IMG/VR virus record: IMGVR_UViG_3300035502_001146
From: an uncultured virus (IMG/VR IMGVR_UViG_3300035502_001146)
Taxonomy: Duplodnaviria > Heunggongvirae > Uroviricota > Caudoviricetes
Strand: one strand, 5' to 3'
Length of the DNA stretch: 64,000 nt
In this document: positions 29,838-40,042 of the stretch, one piece after another
Numbering within the stretch: position 1 is the first letter of the stretch
Layout: each line of letters begins with the position of its first letter
Made by a program: the position numbers and the translations under genes
Notes under the pieces: generated by a model
What the model was told of the DNA's origin: nothing
What the model saw: only the letters and a program-made list of their open reading frames with translations
Databases searched by the model: none

Positions 29838-32162
29838 TCACACAGACTTCTTATAATTAGTGCCCTTACGACATTTAGATTCATAGAAGTCAGGCATATT
29901 ACTTCTCAACCAAGCAGAAGCACTAATAGGAGATAAATTTAAAAGTTTGCCTAAATGAATACTCCAACCATAATCACCGAAATTAATATCACAGGTTCTT
30001 ATAAGCTCTTTTCTTTTATTGGTAATTTCATTGGAAGACCTCTGCTTAAAACAGTTTTCTTCATAAAAATCAGGCATATTTTCTTTAACCCATATAAGAG
30101 CTGCTGATGCAGAAATATTTAAAATTTTACCTAATTCAGTTCCCCAACCTTTCTTAGAATAATCTATATTAGCATTTAGAATTATTTCTTTTCTTTTTTC
30201 AACAGGAGATAAAGTTACTTCTTGTGCGTTATATACATCTTCTAAAGTAGATTGAACAACACCGTCATCATTATTCTTCTGCCCAAGCTTCCAACAGTTG
30301 TTTTTAAAGAAATCAGGTAAATTTCTTTTTACCCAATTATAAGCAGTCGTTGGATTATTTAGATTGAATAATTTAGCCAAGTCGTTACTCCAACCCTTTT
30401 TAGAGAAATCTATATTGGACTTTTCAATAATCTTTTTTCTTTTATTAAGAAGTCTTTTATTTTTATTTGGATATTGATAATTATAAATGTTACAATATTC
30501 ATTATAAAACTTAGGCATATTATTAGCTAACCAATTTGTTACTGCTGCTGGATTAGAATCCATAAGCTCTGCTAATTTAAACTTCCAACCATACTTAGAA
30601 AAGTCTATATCACAATTCATAATAATATTTCTTCTTTTTTCAAATTCAGACTTATTACGATTAGTAAAAGGCTGTTCGTTGAAAGTGATAATAGCATTTC
30701 TATTTCTTTCCTGTATAACTTCATTTATCTTCTTTGATTTTTTAGAAGAGTTATTAGAAATATTTTCATCATGAATACTATTATTAGAAATATTATTAGA
30801 AATACTGTTAGAATTTTCATCATTAGGAATACCAAGTGAATCCGTATCTTCTATAATAGAACTTTCATTGTAAGTAGGAGTTTCATATATAGTATCTTTA
30901 TACATATTTGAATCTTTATACGTACTACTTACTAACACCCTGTCATTTACGTTATATTGTTCTACAACAGGCTTTTTGTCATAGAAGTATTCAACATTAT
31001 AAAAGAATGGTAATTTGGTTCTAATGAACTCTCTTGCGTTTTCTACGGTAGTGTTTAAAATATATGCTGTTTGTTTATCCCATCCATAATCATAAAAATT
31101 AATTTTAGCTTCAAAAAGAATTTGAACATAATTATGAACAGTTATCATACCATTATTACCAAGTTTAGGGTCAAAATAACATTTCTTATAAAAATCAGGC
31201 ATATAATCTCTTACGAAATAGAATGTGTTTTTAGGAATATCATTAATAAGCCTTGATAATTCAATATGCCAATTTCTTTTAGTAATATCTACATTACTTT
31301 TTAGAATTAAATCAATTTTTCTATTAGCAATAGTATGTTCATTAAAGCAATTATTGTAATAGAACTCAGGCATATTTTCCTTTACCCATTTTCTTGTATC
31401 TTCAGGTGACATATTTAACGATTCAAACAATTCATATTCCCAATGCTCTTTAGAATAATCTATATCAGAATATCTAACAATTTCCTCTTTTGTAGGAGGT
31501 TTCTTAGAAACAAAAGCTCTTGAATAGAAGTTTGGTATATTCTTTTTCAACCAATCATTTATTTCTGATAAAGGGATTTGAATTATTTCACCAACAATAT
31601 TATTAGCATTTTTATTTTTAGCAAAATCATCACTAAGATTATTTACAATACATTTCCTTGCTTCATTGATGTTTTTTTCATTACCCTCTGCAAAGATAGT
31701 TTCATAACCAAAAAACTCAGGCATATTCTTTTTCATCCAAAAACAAGAATCAGCTTGTGTTTTTATTTCTCTATCCATATTAGAAATAATATCAAAAACT
31801 TTCTTATTCCAATCTTTATTAAAGAAAGAAATATGCTTGTCATAAATAGCACTTCTTATTTCTGATATTTCTCTACTTTCATTATAACAACATTCCTTAT
31901 AAAAATCAGGCATATTATTTTTTACCCAAGTATAAGTAGCAGTAGGATTAGTAAAACCTGTTTTAGTATTTATAAATATCTGAGTAAGTTGTTTTTCCCA
32001 ACCTGCTTTAGAGAAGTCTATTTTACTATTTAATACAATTTTAAAAATTCCACCCTGCCCAATATACTTTTTATAATACTTAGACAAATCTGTTGTTGCT
32101 ATATTATCTTTTTTATTATACGTCAAGTATATTCCCCCTTCCGACATATAGCTTATTATCAC
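29838..32162 (-). CDS. Repeat protein, ~10 copies of the IDFSKxGW repeat (start uncertain)
   Basis: Repeats visible in the translation. Confidence 0.85.
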   Translation of the reverse strand: MIISYMSEGGIYLTYNKKDNIATTDLSKYYKKYIGQGGIFKIVLNSKIDFSKAGWEKQLTQIFINTKTGFTNPTATYTWVKNNMPDFYKECCYNESREISEIRSAIYDKHISFFNKDWNKKVFDIISNMDREIKTQADSCFWMKKNMPEFFGYETIFAEGNEKNINEARKCIVNNLSDDFAKNKNANNIVGEIIQIPLSEINDWLKKNIPNFYSRAFVSKKPPTKEEIVRYSDIDYSKEHWEYELFESLNMSPEDTRKWVKENMPEFYYNNCFNEHTIANRKIDLILKSNVDITKRNWHIELSRLINDIPKNTFYFVRDYMPDFYKKCYFDPKLGNNGMITVHNYVQILFEAKINFYDYGWDKQTAYILNTTVENAREFIRTKLPFFYNVEYFYDKKPVVEQYNVNDRVLVSSTYKDSNMYKDTIYETPTYNESSIIEDTDSLGIPNDENSNSISNNISNNSIHDENISNNSSKKSKKINEVIQERNRNAIITFNEQPFTNRNKSEFEKRRNIIMNCDIDFSKYGWKFKLAELMDSNPAAVTNWLANNMPKFYNEYCNIYNYQYPNKNKRLLNKRKKIIEKSNIDFSKKGWSNDLAKLFNLNNPTTAYNWVKRNLPDFFKNNCWKLGQKNNDDGVVQSTLEDVYNAQEVTLSPVEKRKEIILNANIDYSKKGWGTELGKILNISASAALIWVKENMPDFYEENCFKQRSSNEITNKRKELIRTCDINFGDYGWSIHLGKLLNLSPISASAWLRSNMPDFYESKCRKGTNYKKSV

Positions 32163-32304
32163 AATTACATTTTTACATTGTCTATATTATACTACAATAT
32201 TTATTTTTTGTCAATAGGTAAATTGATGAAATTGATGAAAAAATAAAAAAAGAGGATAAAAAATCCTCTTTTTAAATAAAAAATTATATTTATTAGTATT
32301 TAAT

Positions 32305-33375
32305 TTAATCTTCTTTAGAATAATCAACTACTAAATCTTCTTGAATCCATTCTATGTAGATGGAAAGGTATTCATCAATAAATTTTTCTTTTTTAAGTCT
32401 TTCTTTTATACTTGTATCTTTTTTATCGTCAGTAAATTCATTTATGATATTTTTATTTTTTGTTGAGTAACAATATTTTTTTACAAAATTAGGAAAATTG
32501 TTTTTTACAACATTATAGCAATTATTATATGCAGGAATGCCAAATATAGTTGTAAGTTTACGACTCCAACCTCTTTTTGAAAAATCAATACCGCATACAC
32601 ATAATAAATCAACAACACTTTTTGTAACTCCATCTGTTAAATCTAACATTTCTAAATCTCCACATTCATAGATATGTTCAGTATTTAATTCTATAAGAGC
32701 TATTTTTTCTTTTAAATTTGTTTCTTCTTCTTTTTTCTTACGACAATATTTTTCAGGAAAATAAGTAGTAATATAATTCCAAATATTAGTTGGGGATAAA
32801 TCAATGTTTAATTTATCTTTTATTTCTTTTTTTAATTTATTCTCCCAACCGCCAAGAGAGTAATCAATGTTGGAATTTTTAATAACATTACATATCATTT
32901 TTGTTTTGGAATTTTGTTTTTTATTCTTAAAGTTTTTTATTTTTCTTTTTTTAATTACTTCTTCATTTGATTTGTTGTTTCCTAAATTATTATTTTCCAC
33001 CTTTTCATTAAAAGAAGTTTCATCAATTTTTATTTCTTTTTCAGTTACATTAGTTATCTCTTTTAATATTGAACGATAATAAGTAAAATCTTTATTACAA
33101 AAATCTTCAACAAAAGTAGACATTTTAACATTCATAAAATTAAAAATTTCTTCTTCATTAAAAGGTTTTAAAGTAAACGGATTGATTATTTCTCTTTCGT
33201 ATAATAAATTTGTTAAATTTGACAACCAAAAATCTTTTGTTATATCAATGCTCTTTAATCTAATTAATTGAACAATTCTGCTTTCAAAACTTTTTTCATT
33301 ATTATATTTATTAAATAACTCTATCAACTTCTCATCTTTAAAAAGTTCTTTTAGTTGATTGGTTTCTATAGACAT
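32305..33375 (-). CDS. Repeat protein, ~3 repeats
   Basis: IDYSLGGW and IDFSKRGW; start placed at ATG after AAGGAGG. Confidence 0.8.
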   Translation of the reverse strand: MSIETNQLKELFKDEKLIELFNKYNNEKSFESRIVQLIRLKSIDITKDFWLSNLTNLLYEREIINPFTLKPFNEEEIFNFMNVKMSTFVEDFCNKDFTYYRSILKEITNVTEKEIKIDETSFNEKVENNNLGNNKSNEEVIKKRKIKNFKNKKQNSKTKMICNVIKNSNIDYSLGGWENKLKKEIKDKLNIDLSPTNIWNYITTYFPEKYCRKKKEEETNLKEKIALIELNTEHIYECGDLEMLDLTDGVTKSVVDLLCVCGIDFSKRGWSRKLTTIFGIPAYNNCYNVVKNNFPNFVKKYCYSTKNKNIINEFTDDKKDTSIKERLKKEKFIDEYLSIYIEWIQEDLVVDYSKED

Positions 33376-33851
33376 TTTTCTAATCCTCCTTTGTTTTTGT
33401 TTAATTATACTATATTTTTTATTATTTGTCAATAGTTTAATAAAAATATCTATTTCTTATGAGTATTTCTTTACAAAGAAAAAAGAGTAGATGAAACATC
33501 TACTCTTTCCTCAAACAACACACACTTTTTAAAGAGGTTTTATTATGAAATAGTCAATAGACTATCAAAACTGGCTTAATCATTTTTAAGGAATATGTAA
33601 GAGAGTTATTGTATGTGCACCACTTGTTAAGAAACTCTCTTACATATATACCTTTCTGCCTATCAAGCAAGAAAGAACAAAAAAATGAAAGAAAATAAGA
33701 CTATGAAAACTTTACAGTCAACTTTTCCGTTCCTTGACTGTAAATAAATTATATCACACTTTTTGATGTTTGTCAAGTACTTTTTTAAAATTTTTCAAAA
33801 ATATTTTTATTTAATGTTTTTCTTTAATAACTTTTACTTAATATCTTTTAC

Positions 33852-35516
33852 TTAATATTTTCTAAATGTTGAGTAACATTCAGGCATATATTCTTTAATA
33901 AAGCTTCTCGCTTCGTTTTCCGAAACATTAAACAATTTTGCAACTTTTGTAACCCAAGGCTTTGTAAAATTTATACCTGATTCTTTAATAACCTTAATTC
34001 TTCTTGGAACTTCATAACTTTTATTTTGTGGAAGTATATCCTTAAAACAACTATTATAATAGAAATCAGGCATAGCAACTCTTACCCAATTGCTAACACT
34101 GTTTTGTGAAAGATTAAGCAATAATGCGATTTTTTTAGTCCAACCTTTTTTATTAAAATCTATCTTAGAATTTAATATAAGATTTTTTCTTTGTTCTGCT
34201 TTTGCTGATAAAGGTTTAACTTCTATTGATGTAGTTTTTTCAACAATAGGTTCTTCTACCACTTCATCAAAATCAAAACTCTTTCTAAGAACATTATCAA
34301 CAAATTTTTGTGCTTGCTCTATAGAACAATTAAAAGCCTGTGATAATTTTTCTTCAACATTATTATCTTTTACAAAATCAACACCTGTATTAATAGCCAT
34401 AACGACATAATTGGGAACTGTTAAAACACCATCTTCACCATACTTCTCATTTGAATAACACTTATTAAACAAATCTTGCATATTATCTTTAACAAAATGA
34501 TATGCTTCTGATGGTGAGTTATCCATTATTCTTGATACTTCAATAAACCAATTTCTTTTACTAAAATCAATTTTTGAATTTAATATCTTATCTTTAAGCC
34601 TTTCAAGAATAAGTTCTTCATCATAACAGTTCTCGTAATAGTAGTCGTGCATATTATCTTTCATATATTGTTTTGCTTGTTCAGGAGTAAAATTACCAAT
34701 AATTCTTGACAAATCTATTTCCCAACCTGACTTAGAAAAATCAACACCTGAATCAAGAATAATTTCTTCAATAGAAAGTTCTTTGGGTTCATCTTCTTCT
34801 TCAAAAGTATCATTAAGAATATCATTTTCTTTTTGAACTTCCTCTGTAATATTTTCATCAGTTATTTTTTCTATTGATGAAATATTTAAAGTCTTTGCCA
34901 TTTTGAGCTGACTAAGAAAAGCTCTTGAATAAAAGTCTTTAATATTTTCTCTAAGCCAATCGCCAACATATTCAACGGGATAATCTATAATTTTACTAAT
35001 ACAATATTCAATACTTTCTTTCTTAACATTTTTAGTAAAATCATCACTAAGGTTTTCTACAAATATAACTCTTGCATCATTAATATCTTCTTCTGTAATA
35101 TACTCTGTATGTAATCCAAAAAACTCAGGCATATTTTCAGCAATATATAAACAAGCAGATATTTCGTCTGTTATATCTTCGTTCATCGCATTTAATATAG
35201 AAAAGATTTGTTTGTTCCAATTCTTATTATTAAGTGGATTGATTTCTGACTCCTTAATGATGTTTTTTATTTCATCAATTCTGCTTGATTCATTATAACA
35301 ACATTCTTTATAAAACTCAGGCATTTTTGTTGTTATATAATTATGTATTTGGTCTAACTTCTCAAAATTAGGAAGAACCTTTTTTAATAATTTTTCTTCC
35401 CAACCTGCATAATTATAATTAACATTTGCGTTTAAAATTTTCATTACTGTTGTAGATATTTTCCCATCTGTATTATACAGTTTGATATATCTATCTTTTT
35501 GTGCTTTTGATAGCAT
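33852..35516 (-). CDS. Repeat protein, ~8 repeats; closest to 29838-32162
   Basis: Shared MP.FYKECCYNES and NLSDDF segments. Confidence 0.85.
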   Translation of the reverse strand: MLSKAQKDRYIKLYNTDGKISTTVMKILNANVNYNYAGWEEKLLKKVLPNFEKLDQIHNYITTKMPEFYKECCYNESSRIDEIKNIIKESEINPLNNKNWNKQIFSILNAMNEDITDEISACLYIAENMPEFFGLHTEYITEEDINDARVIFVENLSDDFTKNVKKESIEYCISKIIDYPVEYVGDWLRENIKDFYSRAFLSQLKMAKTLNISSIEKITDENITEEVQKENDILNDTFEEEDEPKELSIEEIILDSGVDFSKSGWEIDLSRIIGNFTPEQAKQYMKDNMHDYYYENCYDEELILERLKDKILNSKIDFSKRNWFIEVSRIMDNSPSEAYHFVKDNMQDLFNKCYSNEKYGEDGVLTVPNYVVMAINTGVDFVKDNNVEEKLSQAFNCSIEQAQKFVDNVLRKSFDFDEVVEEPIVEKTTSIEVKPLSAKAEQRKNLILNSKIDFNKKGWTKKIALLLNLSQNSVSNWVRVAMPDFYYNSCFKDILPQNKSYEVPRRIKVIKESGINFTKPWVTKVAKLFNVSENEARSFIKEYMPECYSTFRKY

Positions 35517-35622
35517 ATAAATTCCTCCTTTATAATTTTTATTATAATTGAATTATATCACAAATTTTAAGACTTGTCAACAATAATTTAAAAAGAAAAA
35601 TTAGAAATATTTTTTATATACG

Positions 35623-35765
35623 AAAAAAGAGAGCTAACGCAAAAAGCTCTCTTTCTTCAATCAATAACCTTAAAAAATTTATAAACGAGGAGGAATTTGC
35701 TTCTCAATGTGGAATAATAGAAACAAATTCTCTTATGGTTAAGACCTGTATCTCTCAACCACAAA
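35623..35765 (-). ncRNA. Candidate small RNA antisense to 5' UTR/RBS motifs of plus-strand genes
   Basis: Promoter at 35769-35797, terminator at 35623-35654, no ORF. Confidence 0.5.
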
Positions 35766-35956
35766 CTTATTATAGCATACTAAGTGTTATTTGTCAAGTA
35801 TTATTTTTAATTTTTTTAAAAAATTATAATTCTTTTTAATAAATGTTTTTTTAACAAAGTTTTTTAATAATAGCGTTTTTATAAATAAAAAAGAGCTTAT
35901 TAAATTAAGCTCTTTTAGTAGAGGAATGTAAACTTTTGAAATGTAGATTACAAAAA

Positions 35957-36028
35957 CGGAGCTACCCAGAATCGAACTGGGGCTTTCAGAATCAAAATCT
36001 GATGTACTGACCGTTATACTATAGCTCA
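35957..36028 (-). tRNA. tRNA-Gln(TTG)
   Basis: Anticodon arm TCAGA-TTTTGAT-TCTGA; T-loop GTTCGATTC; 1:72 mismatch; no CCA. Confidence 0.9.
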
Positions 36029-36239
36029 TCATTGTTAAAAAGAATTTAGAAACTTTTAGAAAGTACAACGCTTCCTTACTTTATTTATATCATAAAGCAG
36101 TTTTATGTGTTTCTTATATATTATATAAGTTTTTATTCTTTCTATTAAGCTCATCTCTTTTAAATTTGCAAAATATTTTCTATATAAAATATTATTTATA
36201 TAATCTTTCATTATTATTCACTTCCTCTTTATTGTAAAA

Positions 36240-36312
36240 TGAGAATGATGAGGCTCGAACTCACGACCCTTTGATTAAAAGTCAAATGCTCTTCCTACTG
36301 AGCTACATTCTC
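36240..36312 (-). tRNA. tRNA-Lys(TTT)
   Basis: TAGCTCAGT D-arm; anticodon arm TTTGA-CTTTTAA-TCAAA; GTTCGA. Confidence 0.93.
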
Positions 36313-37267
36313 TTGTTGTATATAATCAATTTTCAATGTGCAGCCATAAGACAATAAAATATATAAGTGTATTTTGGCTTTATTATATGCTTTTTTTATT
36401 TTTATTTAGTGTGTTTTTTAGTTCACTGTCAAACAACCACACATCAAAAACTAATAACTAATTAAGTATTTGTTTTTATTTAAAATATGTTAAAAATATA
36501 CCACTACCCTTATAGGGTATAAACACTACTACCCTGTGAGGGTACAAATAGCATTTTTTCTTTTAGGTTTTGATTTATATTTCAGAACAAACACTTCTTA
36601 TCTATTACAAATCATTCATAGTGTAAGTTTATTATGCAAAGAAGAAACTTTTTATTTTGGAGTTTGAATATGCTCTTTTAAATAAATAGTTATGAAAATA
36701 AATAATTCTTTTCAACAAAAAGTATTTGTTCTTAATCTATAAACCGTATATTATAGAAACAAAGAAAATCGAATATCAACTATTCAATTTATAAACTTAT
36801 GATAACACAAGAATTAGTATTTGTCAAGAACTTTTTTAAAAATATTAAAAAAGATTTTAGAAAAAATATTTAAAGAAACAATTATTAAAAAATAATTATT
36901 GATGAATAAAAATAAAGTCGAGATTTTCTCAACCCCGACTTCATTAAAAATATTATAATAATAAACTCTAAAAAAGAAATAAACCGAGTGCCAAGCAATC
37001 TTTAACAAACTCTCCACTTTTCTATAATTTACAAAATAATATTTTTAATGGATAGGATTTTTATAGTTTTCTTTTTGATTATTTTTTTCTTTAACTATAT
37101 CCACTAAGTTTCTATATCTTTCTTTTATATTTTTTATTTATGCTATTTTTTAAAATATAATAGAAGAAAAAATTTAACGGTTTAAAGAAAACTATTTTCC
37201 TTTATATATTAAAAATATTTATTTTTGTTAATTGATGAATAATTAAAAAATGATTAGAAATATGTAA

Positions 37268-37765
37268 TTAACTATTCATCATTTTATTATAGATAGAGTT
37301 GATATTATTTTCAACTGTTTTAGCCCATCCATAACTGGTACAATACTTAGCACCAATTTTAGGTAAAGTATACAATCCTTTATCAAAATAATTTCTTCTG
37401 ATATTAGAGCCAAATGCTTTAACGCTTTCACCTGTGTTAGCATAATAAGCGTAACCATGACCATCAGTTGTACCAAAACAATTATTTCTTGACCTACCAA
37501 CACCTGCATTACCAAATCCTGTTTCTGCCTGTGCTACTGCCAATATAAAGAACGCATTTACTTCATACTCTTTCTCAGTATCTAATATGACCTGTTCATA
37601 TCCTGATAATCTTGTACCTGCTGTTATTTTTTGAATATCTTCAATAGTAGCATTTGAATAACTATTAATACCTCTTGTTAATGGTAATTCTCTTGCTTGT
37701 ACATTGATTATCAACGACAGACACATTATAACACTTACTGCAACTTTTGTAAATAAATTTTTCAT
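37268..37765 (-). CDS. Secreted glucosaminidase-domain (GH73-like) peptidoglycan hydrolase
   Basis: Signal peptide; AVAQAETGFG...NNCFG...KYC motifs. Confidence 0.8.
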   Translation of the reverse strand: MKNLFTKVAVSVIMCLSLIINVQARELPLTRGINSYSNATIEDIQKITAGTRLSGYEQVILDTEKEYEVNAFFILAVAQAETGFGNAGVGRSRNNCFGTTDGHGYAYYANTGESVKAFGSNIRRNYFDKGLYTLPKIGAKYCTSYGWAKTVENNINSIYNKMMNS

Positions 37766-39134
37766 AACGAAACCTCCATATTATATCACTTATGTTGTAT
37801 TTAACATTTTACGATAATAGTAATATGACTAAAGGGATAAAAGTTATATCAAATGATATAAAAATTACCATAGCTCAAAAGCAATAAAAGTTATAGCCAA
37901 AAGGGTATCATAGGAAAAACACATACCTATTATAGTTATAGGTCTGGTCCTATACCCTATTGCTCAATCGTTATAATGTTCATAACAAATATGTTATATC
38001 ATAACGGGTAAACTATACCTTATATAGTCATATTATGGAGTTTGTTAAAAAATTCTCAATCTATTTCTTGTTGTGCTATTGTTAAAAGTGCTGAAAGCCT
38101 TTTATTTAAAGGTACTTCAAGCCTTTTTCTTTTTCAACAACTATATTATAGCACATAACCGACTAAGTTACAATAGATTTTGAAATCGCAACAAAATCGT
38201 AACAACTTGAAACATTTCCGTAACAAGTTATACATATTAAATAAAGATAAATTTATTTAATATTACTTTTTATACAAAATTGCTATTTGAGGCTTTAATA
38301 AGAACCTATTTTGTAATATTGCACAAAAAGTATAGGCAGTTTTTGACACTTCAATACCACCCATAGAATATTATAATAAAAATAATATAGATTTTTAAAT
38401 ATCGATAAATAAAAACAATAATATATTTTTCTTATAATGTTTATAGTTTTAATAGTCAAACAATAAATATGGAAAAAATTGGTAATGATAAAAAATCTTA
38501 TACTATGAAATAACGATACATTATATACTTTTCAATATATGTGGTTTATAAGCGTGTAAATAGGCTTATTTGAGGACTTTACACTTCGGTAACATAAATA
38601 CATAAAACAAGCATTACAACGGCTTAAAACGGCAAATAAACGGCTTATAATATGGATTACAGATAAATAAATTTTATTGTATATTGTTTGTTTTCTATAT
38701 TATACGGAAGCTAAACAATGTTTGTTAAAAAAATATTCAATATTGTTAAATTTTTAACAATCTTTATATGGTTCAATGCTTATTAAATGATTTAATAAGT
38801 GTTTTTTAAATTAAAATAATATAAAAACATAATAAATAAAGGTATTACAAGACTTTTTTATTTTTCCATTCATTGTTAAAAAAATAACCAATATTGTTAA
38901 ATTTTTAACAATCCAGATACCCTTTCTTATTAAATGATTTATTAAGGTAGTACAGGGTTCGCCGCAGGCGGTATAACAAAAAAGTTATAATGATTATAAA
39001 TATTAAGTATTTAAAAAACTATTGACTTTTTTAACTCAATATGCTATACTATATTTACATTAAGGGTAACGCAAAACACACTTTAATGTAAATAACCTTT
39101 AGAAAATTTATCTATATGAGAGGAGTCTTTAATT

Positions 39135-39635
39135 ATGAGAAAAAACGCTATTGAAAAAAGAATACTTATAGGAAAAGTTGACGGCTATAAGATAGGAAGA
39201 AAAAACTGCCCCGTTTATGTAACATTAGATTTGAGCGAATGCGAAAAGGGTTTAGTGTTTACAGCTTGCGTTGATGTATATAACCATATTAAAAGTGATA
39301 CACTTATAGGTGGACAGGCTTTTGAAACGGTTATTGACTTGTATAAGAATTTAAAGTATAACCCATTGTTTATGGAAATCGTTGACTTGTGGAGAAAATA
39401 TCACTTAAACGATATGCACCCTGGAACAGTTGAACAGGAACAGGCAATTCAAGAAGGTATTGACAATAATTTGTTTTTGCGTAACGATTATGTGACTAAA
39501 GTAGCATACCTTCAATCTATAGACCTTTATGAGGTTGAATATGAGGGAAAGCCTTACAAGTATGGTTCAGCGTGGTTATTTAGGGAAATACCAACGGAAG
39601 ATATAAATAGAATAAAAAAGATAATGGGAATTTAA
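39135..39635 (+). CDS. Hypothetical protein, paralog of 46356-46832
   Basis: LW..Y..ND...GT.EQE.AI...YKYG motif. Confidence 0.75.
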   Translation: MRKNAIEKRILIGKVDGYKIGRKNCPVYVTLDLSECEKGLVFTACVDVYNHIKSDTLIGGQAFETVIDLYKNLKYNPLFMEIVDLWRKYHLNDMHPGTVEQEQAIQEGIDNNLFLRNDYVTKVAYLQSIDLYEVEYEGKPYKYGSAWLFREIPTEDINRIKKIMGI

Positions 39636-40042
39636 GTATAAATTGCAAGGGTATAAAAATACCCTTGCTTTTTTTTGCAGCATACTTATTAAATGATTTA
39701 TTAAGATATCAACATTGTTAAATTTTTAACAAAATCTATTTACCCTCTGCGGAACAGTACCATTATTATTTTTCTTTATATATTTTTTTCTGTATATAAT
39801 AGTAAATATTTTTCGATATAAAAATTTCCTTCTATATAATTAAGAAAAACAATATTAGAAAAATATGCAGCTCATCGCAGCTGTATAACATAAACATTAT
39901 AATGATTATAAATATTAAGTATTTAAAAAACTATTGACATTTAACAGAATTTGTAGTATACTATAATCACATTAAGGGTAACGCAAATAACAAAACCTTA
40001 ATGAATAACCTATATTTTTTATTTATGAGAGGAGTCTTAATT

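Noticed and set aside
24061..34410. Leu/Ser/Phe-rich plus-strand ORFs (24061, 26946, 27588, 31578, 32867, 34090 and similar ones elsewhere)
   Set aside because: Antisense shadows of real Lys/Asn/Glu-rich genes, with no RBS or promoter
35787..36068. 93-aa ORF
   Set aside because: Overlaps tRNA-Gln
37800..38140. c-di-AMP (ydaO) riboswitch before the hydrolase
   Set aside because: Characteristic conserved motifs not seen
38779..38799. dif/Xer site
   Set aside because: Too many copies, a 3-bp centre and no XerD arm TTATGTTAAAT
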